NCBI RefSeq assembly: GCF_042655745.1
Contig: NZ_JBHSNM010000005.1
Coordinates: 29,504 to 93,503 of the forward strand
From: Lysobacter yangpyeongensis
GTDB taxonomy: Bacteria > Pseudomonadota > Gammaproteobacteria > Xanthomonadales > Xanthomonadaceae
Length of the DNA stretch: 64,000 nt
Direction of reading: 5' to 3'
The notes beneath the pieces were generated by a model. The model was not told the origin of the DNA. It searched no databases and saw only the letters and a program-made list of their open reading frames with translations. This document shows, piece by piece, positions 56,269 through 64,000 of the stretch. Position numbers and translations under genes: made by a program. Position 1 is the first letter of the stretch. The number at the start of each line of letters is the position of its first letter.

Positions 56269-56652
56269 TCAGCGGCGATAGACCCAATGCCGCGAGACGA
56301 TGAAGCTGATGCCCGCCAGCAGCAGCTCGACGCCCGGCTTGGCGGCCCAGGCCCAGCGCAGTCCCGCGGCTGCTTCCACGCCGCCGATCGCCCACGTGCT
56401 CATTGCGGTCATCACCAGCCACAGCAGCACGAAGCGCCGCAGCTGCCGTGGACCGAGCGCACTGGCCGGATTCGCGAAGGTGATGCGGCCGTTGAGCCAG
56501 AACCCGAGGACCGCGCCGCTGACGCGGCCGGCGACATTCGCGAGCTCCACCGACAAACCGAAGTGGCTGAGCGTCACCATCACGCCCCAGTCCACGAGGT
56601 ACTGCAGCAGGCCGATCGCCACGTAATGACTGCCCTGGCGCAGCAGGCTCAT
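56269..56652 (-). CDS. GtrA-family small membrane protein (polyprenyl-P-sugar flippase-like)
   Basis: 127 aa, 4 TM; GtrA-like pattern ...FWLNGRITFA...RFVLLWLV...; 4-nt overlap with the upstream gene. Confidence 0.7.
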   Translation of the reverse strand: MSLLRQGSHYVAIGLLQYLVDWGVMVTLSHFGLSVELANVAGRVSGAVLGFWLNGRITFANPASALGPRQLRRFVLLWLVMTAMSTWAIGGVEAAAGLRWAWAAKPGVELLLAGISFIVSRHWVYRR

Positions 56653-58679
56653 CGCAGGCCCTCCGCCGCGGGCAGATGCCACCACTGCACATCCCCCTCG
56701 CTGCCGCGCTGCACCGCACCCAGTCGCTCGAGGCCGGCACGCTGCGCGGGCGTCAGCCGCGCGGGTCGCACCAGGAGATCGCTGATGTCTTCGCGGCGGA
56801 GCAACGCGGCCCACGCCGCACCATCCGCCACTGCGTCCGCGTCGACGGCGCCGCGCTGCAGCGCGCGATCGAGGTAGGAGACGCTGCGCCCGCGCACGCC
56901 CAGTTCGGCGATGTACGGGCGCTCGGGATCCAGCGCGAGCACGTCGTGGTGCGGAGTGGCGCGGATCGCCGCGATCAGGTTGCGTTCGGGTACGTATTCG
57001 CGGAACAGCGGCGCGTCGTCTCCCGCGGACAACACCGCCATCTTCACCGCGCCCACGCGCAGCAGCCAGAAGCTGTTGGCCTGGAAGGCCAGGTTCAACA
57101 CGCACACGCCGGCCAGCAGCCACGCGGCGCGTTTGGGATCGATGCGGAACGCGATGACCGCCAGCAACGGCAACGCCAGCACCAGCGCCGGAAAGACATA
57201 GCGCAGGTACTGCATCGGCAGCAGCAAGCCCGCGACGAGCAGCAATGTCGTCGCGGCCATCGCGGTCGTCTCGCGACGCCACAACGCCAGCAGCCACGCG
57301 CCCGCCAGCGCGACGAGGACGAAGCCGCCGCCGCCGGCAAACGCTTCGAGATAGCGTTCGGTGTGGAAGGTGAGGTTCCAGGGCAGCAAGGCATCGAAGC
57401 CGGCGTGCCAGCGCGGATCGTTGAAATTCACCGGAGCGGCGTACGGCGAGTGGAACCACGCGTTGAACAGCGGCAGGACCGGGTTGTGCGCGACGAATCC
57501 CGCGTACGCATAGCTGGAACCGCCGATCGCCATGACGATGGCGACGACCGCAACGACGGCGCGCAACGACGGCAGGCCACGCCGCCACAGCGCCCACGGC
57601 AGCAACAGCAACGCGAGCAGCGCCGCGGCGAGCTTGAGGCCCAGCAGGCCGCCGGCCAGCACGGCTGCAAGTGCGAGGAAGCGCGGATCGCGGCCGCGCG
57701 CCGCGACGATCATCCGTGCCAGCCACACCAGCAGGGCCGCAGTCGGCGTCTCGGTCTGCATGCTCCCGGCGAGCGCGGCGGTCAGCGGCAGGCACGCGTA
57801 CAGGGCGACGGAATACCACGCCGCGCGCGCAGTGCCGTGCAGCGCGCCGGCGAGCTGCCACACGCCCGCGGCGGTGATCGCGATCCACAGCAGGTTGAGC
57901 GCGCCGCGTGCCTCCGCGCCGGCCATCACCTGCGGTACCGCCTGCAGCACGTCGCCCAGCCACGGCGCCATGGACCAGATGTGGAGGCCGGGATCGAGCG
58001 GATACCGGTGCGCTTGCAGCAACTGCCACGGCAGGCGCAGGTGGTAGGTGATGTCGTCCGCCTGCAGCGTCGGCAACCAGGCGCCGGTGCTGGCCAGGCC
58101 CAGCGCGAGGATTGCGAACGCGGCCGGGCGCGGTGCCGACGCCACCGCATCGCGCCAGCGTGCGGCGGCGTCCGATGCGGCGTCGCGCAGCCACCGCCGG
58201 CGTCCGGCGATCAATGCAACGCAGACGATGAGGTAGGCGGCGCGGTGATGCACGGGCAGCGGCAACAGCCAGCCGAGCAGGCCGCCGCACAGCGCGAGTC
58301 CGCCGGCCGTCTGCAGGGCGACCGGCACGCCCGGATGCACCAGCGCCCCGAGCGCGAGCGCGGCGAGCGCGAATGTCGCGACCGCGAGGAACGGGACGGG
58401 ACCGGCGAAGCCCACGAGCGCGAGCAGCCACGCGATCGCGAGGCCGTTCGCCAGCGGCCAGCGCAGTGCGCGTCGCAACGCGGCGGCGATGCCGAGGCTC
58501 GCCAGCGCGAGGATCAGCAGTTCGGCGAAGCGCCCGGGGCGCCACTGCGCCGCGATGCCGGTGGTCGCCAGTCCGGTCACGCACAAGGGCGCACCGAGCC
58601 AGAGCAGGCCCCGTTCCCAAGGGCGAACGGCGGTTTCGCGGGCGGGCCCGTTCATGGGCAGCGATGCGTCGACAGTCAT
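56649..58679 (-). CDS. Large polytopic membrane protein with C-terminal periplasmic domain (GT-C-type glycosyltransferase-like)
   Basis: ~450 aa with >=11 TM then ~200-aa soluble domain; translationally coupled to the GtrA-like gene; family not assigned. Confidence 0.6.
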   Translation of the reverse strand: MTVDASLPMNGPARETAVRPWERGLLWLGAPLCVTGLATTGIAAQWRPGRFAELLILALASLGIAAALRRALRWPLANGLAIAWLLALVGFAGPVPFLAVATFALAALALGALVHPGVPVALQTAGGLALCGGLLGWLLPLPVHHRAAYLIVCVALIAGRRRWLRDAASDAAARWRDAVASAPRPAAFAILALGLASTGAWLPTLQADDITYHLRLPWQLLQAHRYPLDPGLHIWSMAPWLGDVLQAVPQVMAGAEARGALNLLWIAITAAGVWQLAGALHGTARAAWYSVALYACLPLTAALAGSMQTETPTAALLVWLARMIVAARGRDPRFLALAAVLAGGLLGLKLAAALLALLLLPWALWRRGLPSLRAVVAVVAIVMAIGGSSYAYAGFVAHNPVLPLFNAWFHSPYAAPVNFNDPRWHAGFDALLPWNLTFHTERYLEAFAGGGGFVLVALAGAWLLALWRRETTAMAATTLLLVAGLLLPMQYLRYVFPALVLALPLLAVIAFRIDPKRAAWLLAGVCVLNLAFQANSFWLLRVGAVKMAVLSAGDDAPLFREYVPERNLIAAIRATPHHDVLALDPERPYIAELGVRGRSVSYLDRALQRGAVDADAVADGAAWAALLRREDISDLLVRPARLTPAQRAGLERLGAVQRGSEGDVQWWHLPAAEGLR

Positions 58680-58737
58680 CGCGGCATGCTAGCAGTGCGG
58701 CCTAGAATGCTCGCCCGTCCCAACGCACGGAAATCCA

Positions 58738-60111
58738 ATGCCGGCTCCCCTGCACGTCATCATCCTCGCTGCCGGCGAGGGCAAACGCATGAAGTCGCGC
58801 CTGCCCAAGGTGCTGCAGAACATCGCGGGCCGACCGATGCTGGCGCACGTGATCGACAGCGCGCGCTCGCTCGCGCCGGCCGGCATCCACGTCGTCTACG
58901 GCCATGGCGGCGATGCGGTGCGCGCGGCGTTCGCCGACCAGTCCGATCTGCTGTGGGCCGAACAGGCGCAACAACTGGGCACCGGCCACGCCGTGCAGCA
59001 GGCGATGCCCAACGTGCCCGTCGATGCGCGCGTGCTGGTGCTGTACGGCGACGTGCCGCTGATTACGCCCGACACGCTGCAGCGCCTGCTCGAAGCGCCG
59101 GGTCGCATCGCCGTGCTGGTTGCCGACCTCGAGGATCCCGCCGGTTACGGCCGCGTGCTGCGTGATCCCGAAGGCCGCGTCGGCCGCATCGTCGAGCACA
59201 AGGATGCCGACGAGGACCAGCGCGAAATCACCACCGTCAACACCGGCATCATCGTCGCCGACGGCGAACCGCTGCGGCGCTGGCTCGAACACCTGCGCAA
59301 CGACAACGCGCAGGGCGAGTACTACCTCACCGACGTGTTCGCGCAGGCGTCGACGGAATTCGATGCGGCGGAAATGGTCTTCGTCGCCGATCCGATCGAG
59401 ACCGAAGGCGCGAACGATCCGTGGCAGCTTGCGCAGCTCGAACGCGCGTTCCAGAAGCGCGCCGCACGTGCGCTGTGCCTGCAGGGCGCGCGCGTGGCCG
59501 ATCCGGCGCGCCTGGACATCCGCGGTCGCGTCAGCGTCGGCATGGACGTGGAAATCGATGCCGACGTCGTCTTCGAAGGGGACGTGACGCTCGCCGACGG
59601 GGTGCGCATCGGTCCGTTCTGCCGGCTCAGGAACGTGACGCTCGGGCCCGGCACCGAAGTGCGCGCGCATTGCGACCTCGATGGCGTGGTGGTCGAAGGC
59701 GCGGCGATGATCGGCCCGTTCGCGCGCCTGCGCCCCGGCACCGTGCTCGCCGACGGCGTGCACGTGGGCAATTTCGTCGAGACCAAGAACGCGCGCCTCG
59801 GCGTGTCGAGCAAGGCCAACCACCTGACCTATCTCGGCGATGCCGTCGTCGGCAGTGGCGTCAACGTTGGCGCCGGCACGATCACCTGCAACTACGACGG
59901 CGTGAACAAGTCGACGACGACGATCGAGGACGGCGCGTTCATCGGTTCGAATTCGTCGCTGGTCGCACCGGTGACGATCGGTCGCAACGCGACGATCGGC
60001 GCGGGCTCAGTCATCACGAAGGATGCGCCCGCCGATCGGCTCAGCGTCGCGCGCGGTCGGCAGACGGCGATCGAGGGCTGGCAGCGGCCGGTGAAGAAGC
60101 CGAAGGCGTAA
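58738..60111 (+). CDS. glmU: Bifunctional UDP-GlcNAc pyrophosphorylase / GlcN-1-P N-acetyltransferase
   Basis: [11 protein letters not shown] nucleotidyltransferase motif; C-terminal left-handed beta-helix hexapeptide repeats. Confidence 0.95.
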   Translation: MPAPLHVIILAAGEGKRMKSRLPKVLQNIAGRPMLAHVIDSARSLAPAGIHVVYGHGGDAVRAAFADQSDLLWAEQAQQLGTGHAVQQAMPNVPVDARVLVLYGDVPLITPDTLQRLLEAPGRIAVLVADLEDPAGYGRVLRDPEGRVGRIVEHKDADEDQREITTVNTGIIVADGEPLRRWLEHLRNDNAQGEYYLTDVFAQASTEFDAAEMVFVADPIETEGANDPWQLAQLERAFQKRAARALCLQGARVADPARLDIRGRVSVGMDVEIDADVVFEGDVTLADGVRIGPFCRLRNVTLGPGTEVRAHCDLDGVVVEGAAMIGPFARLRPGTVLADGVHVGNFVETKNARLGVSSKANHLTYLGDAVVGSGVNVGAGTITCNYDGVNKSTTTIEDGAFIGSNSSLVAPVTIGRNATIGAGSVITKDAPADRLSVARGRQTAIEGWQRPVKKPKA

Positions 60112-60134
60112 CCGCAACGCAATGCCTTCAATAC

Positions 60135-60285
60135 CTTTCCCCGCGAGGGAAAGGGCTTGGAAGCGCAGGCTGGGCTGGCTTCACCAACCCAGCCAAGGTG
60201 TCCGGATGGATGCTGGGTTGGCTGAATCCCCCAGCCATTGGCGCCCGTGGATGCTGGGTTGGTAAGGCCAACCCAGCCTACACCG
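60135..60285. repeat. Cluster of hairpins/direct repeats (CTTTCCCCGCGAGGGAAAG; GCTGGGTTGG-loop-CCAACCCAGC; GGATGCTGGGTTGG x2); probable bidirectional terminator or REP-like element
   Basis: Perfect stem GCTGGGTTGGTAAGGCCAACCCAGC; sits between convergent glmU and the histidine kinase gene. Confidence 0.55.
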
Positions 60286-61597
60286 GCAGCACCAGCGACA
60301 CGCACAACCCGCCCCCCTCGCGGTTGAGCAGGGCGATGCGCCCGCCGTGAGCCTCGGCGATCTCGCGCGCGAGCGCCAGGCCGAGCCCGGTGCCGTGGCG
60401 CTTGGTCGAGTAGAACGGCAACAACGCATTGGCGAGCACCGCTTCGTTCATGCCGCTGCCGCGGTCGAGCACGTCGACGCGCCACGCTTCCGGCAGGCGG
60501 CGCAGCGACAGCGCGACGTCTTCCGGCTTCGATCCCGATTCGTGCGCGTTCTTGAGCAGGTTGATCAGCGCCTGCTCCAGCTGCGCCACGTCGATGCGCG
60601 CAATCGCGTCCGGCGATTCGGGCCCGTCGTAGACGAAATCGACCTGCGCGCGCAGCTGCGCGACGAAGCGCGGCCACGGCACCGACTCCAGCCGCGGCGC
60701 CGGCATCTTGGCGAAGCGTGCATAGTCGCGGATGAAGCCTTCCAGATGCCGCGCGCGCTCCTCGATCGTCGACAGCGCGGTGGGCAGGCGTTCGAGCTGG
60801 CCGCGGCGCAACAGCTCTGCACCCGAATGCGCGAGCGACGCGATCGGTGCCAGCGAGTTGTTGAGCTCGTGGCTGATCACCCGGATCACCTTCTTCCAGG
60901 TCTGCACTTCCTGGCGGCGCAGTTCGGCGGTGAGCTGGCGCAGCAGCACGAGTTCGTGGCGGCGCCCGTTGAGGCGGAACTGGCGGCGCGCGAGGTGGTA
61001 GATGTCCTCGCTGTCGATGTCGCCCACGGTGAACATGCCGTCGCCGCCGCGTTCGAATGCCTCGCGCATCGCGTCCGGCGCCCGCGCCATGAGCTCGTCG
61101 AAGGCGAGGCCTTCCAGACGCTTGCCTTCGCCCAGCAGCTTGCGTGCGGCGATGTTGCCCAGGACGATGCGACGCGCCGGATCCACCAGCAGCATCGCCA
61201 CCGGCGTGTTCTGCACCATCGTGTCGAGCAGCAGTTCGCGCTGCACCAGCGCGAGGCGCTGCTCGCGCAGCGCGTCGCCCAAGGCGTTGTGACTGGCGAC
61301 GAGCTGGCCGAGATCACCGCCGCCGCGCCAGGACAGGCCGAAGGCGAAATCGCCGTCGCGATAACTCGCGACCGTCCCGGCGAGCGCACGGAACAGCGAG
61401 TTCATCGGAGCGAAGGCACGGCGCACGTGGTAGATGAGCAGCGGCGCCAGCAACGCCACCGCGAGGCCGCCGCACAGCCAGGGATTGCCGAGCCAGCGCA
61501 TCAGCAGCAGGGTGACAACGACCGCCAGCGCCATGTAGACCAGCGCGATCGCGCCGAACAGCAGACTCAGCGGAATGCGTTGCAGCCAGCGGGTCAT
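60278..61597 (-). CDS. Membrane sensor histidine kinase (PAS/HisKA/HATPase)
   Basis: 2 TM; H-box ISHELNNSLAPI; N-box LLKNAHESG; G-box GTGLGLALAREIAEAHGG. Confidence 0.85.
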   Translation of the reverse strand: MTRWLQRIPLSLLFGAIALVYMALAVVVTLLLMRWLGNPWLCGGLAVALLAPLLIYHVRRAFAPMNSLFRALAGTVASYRDGDFAFGLSWRGGGDLGQLVASHNALGDALREQRLALVQRELLLDTMVQNTPVAMLLVDPARRIVLGNIAARKLLGEGKRLEGLAFDELMARAPDAMREAFERGGDGMFTVGDIDSEDIYHLARRQFRLNGRRHELVLLRQLTAELRRQEVQTWKKVIRVISHELNNSLAPIASLAHSGAELLRRGQLERLPTALSTIEERARHLEGFIRDYARFAKMPAPRLESVPWPRFVAQLRAQVDFVYDGPESPDAIARIDVAQLEQALINLLKNAHESGSKPEDVALSLRRLPEAWRVDVLDRGSGMNEAVLANALLPFYSTKRHGTGLGLALAREIAEAHGGRIALLNREGGGLCVSLVLPV

Positions 61598-61934
61598 GGC
61601 AGGAGGCCTCCGCTGCGTGCCGGACGGGCGAAGTTGGACGCGGACTCCGCGCCGTCGCGTTCCGTCACGCAGGCCTTATCGCCCGTCATCCGTGTGCCGC
61701 TTGTCATCCTTGTGCCGCTCGTCATCCCGGCGAAAGCCGGGATCCATTTCGATGTTGATTTCGCTTCTGCCGTTGTCGCGGGTAATGGCAAAGACAAGGT
61801 CCAAATGGATCCCAGCTTGCGCTGGGATGGCGAGCCAGGGTGGATGGATCCCTGCTTGCGCCGGGACGACGAGCAGAAGCGGGACATCGACACCCGCCGG
61901 AGCGGCGCAGGACTACGGCCGGTCGCACCCCGGC
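61598..61934. repeat. 337-bp repeat-rich spacer between response-regulator and kinase genes (direct repeats GTCATCC(G/T)TGTGCCGCT, hairpins CCGGCGAAAGCCGG, CCCAGCTTGCGCTGGG)
   Basis: Seen directly; no ORF with coding character. Confidence 0.5.
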
Positions 61935-63281
<1,347 letters not shown>

Positions 63282-63348
63282 GCGGGCAGTCGGTGGCGTA
63301 GGCGCGGGCCGTTTCGGCTCGCGCCCATGATCGCAAAAAGCGGCGGGT

Positions 63349-63759
63349 TCAGTGGCGCGGCGGTTGCGGCGGCGCCGGCGGCATGGGTGGCGTGGGTGGT
63401 TTCGGCGGTGTCGGCAGCAGCGCGCGCACGTCCGCGGCGCTCCAGCGCACCAGCCGTTCCTTCCCGTCGCGCTGCACGCGCAGCGTGGCCGGCGATCGGC
63501 GATGGCGTTCCAGCGCGGCGGTGAATGCCTCGACGTCGGGCACCGCCTCGTCACCGACCGCGACGATGCGATCGCCCGCCTGCAGGCCATGCAGCGGCGC
63601 CGGCTTCGCGATGGTCACGGCGACGCCGTCGTCGCCGTTGCGCATGGCGAGCGTGCGGTCGTTGTTGACCCAGAGCAGGGTGGCCTCGCGGTCGCCGGCG
63701 CGGGCGGCGGACGCGGCCAGCAGCAGCAAAAGCATCAGCATTGGAGTCGTCGTACGCAT
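63349..63759 (-). CDS. Secreted PDZ-domain protein with proline-rich tail
   Basis: Signal peptide MRTTTPMLMLLLLLAASAARA; PDZ-like GLQAGDRIVAVGDEAV; C-terminal PTPPKPPTPPMPPAPPQPP. Confidence 0.6.
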   Translation of the reverse strand: MRTTTPMLMLLLLLAASAARAGDREATLLWVNNDRTLAMRNGDDGVAVTIAKPAPLHGLQAGDRIVAVGDEAVPDVEAFTAALERHRRSPATLRVQRDGKERLVRWSAADVRALLPTPPKPPTPPMPPAPPQPPRH

Positions 63760-63815
63760 GCAGCCTCCGAAAGAAGCGCGGCGCCGCCACCACGCGACGC
63801 GGCGGAACAGGTTCA

Positions 63816-64000
63816 CACCGTGCGCGTGGCCACCGCCGGCGGCACCGCGGCGGCACGACGCGCGGGTCCCAGCACCGACAGCTGCCCCAGCGCCCACAGC
63901 ACCAGCGCACCGACCGGCAGGTACAGCGCGGGCAGACGCGGCAGTTCGTAGGAGCTCATCAGCAACTGGTTGATGCCGTAGGCGCCGATCATGCCGATCA
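63816..64000 (-). CDS. C-terminal fragment of an FtsX-like ABC permease (LolC/E or MacB-type); gene continues beyond the window
   Basis: ...IGAYGINQLLMSSYELPRLPALYLPVGALVLWALGQLSVLGPARRAAAVPPAVATRTV* resembles the conserved FtsX C-terminal helix with PARRAA motif. Confidence 0.5.

Noticed and set aside
56269-58620. 783-aa minus-strand ORF
   Set aside because: Only its last 127 codons (the GtrA-like gene, 56269-56652) look real; upstream the frame is Arg-rich junk, and the true long membrane protein is in the other frame (56649-58679).

Overview
The window is a high-GC (about 70%) chromosomal segment that looks Xanthomonadaceae-like (Lysobacter/Xanthomonas/Stenotrophomonas flavour). All calls rest on reading the ORF-track proteins for motifs; no database search was run. 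The right third is core genome: a two-component system, glmU, and the complete F1Fo ATP synthase operon atpIBEFHAGDC, preceded by aceF, a small secreted ORF and a lipoyl-domain lpdA. The left two thirds look accessory. They encode many secreted peptidases (M20, M4 thermolysin-like, M28, M29), a 2056-aa autotransporter, a MalT-like STAND/LuxR regulator, two EF-hand proteins, several small conserved DUF-type proteins, a His/Met-rich periplasmic metal islet, an ABC-2 exporter, RtcB plus an SPFH protein beside an aberrant tRNA-Gly-like locus, rsmC/rsuA, and a BNR/sialidase-like lipoprotein. The most striking non-coding signal is at least four distinct families of hairpin-forming repeat elements. 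One is a roughly 0.9 kb tandem array of 37-bp hairpin units interleaved with a roughly 180-bp palindromic MITE-like element that recurs at two other sites. Another lies inside the atp operon between cistrons. Most long antisense ORFs in the track are GC-driven shadow ORFs. Coordinates for non-CDS features may be off by 1-2 nt.
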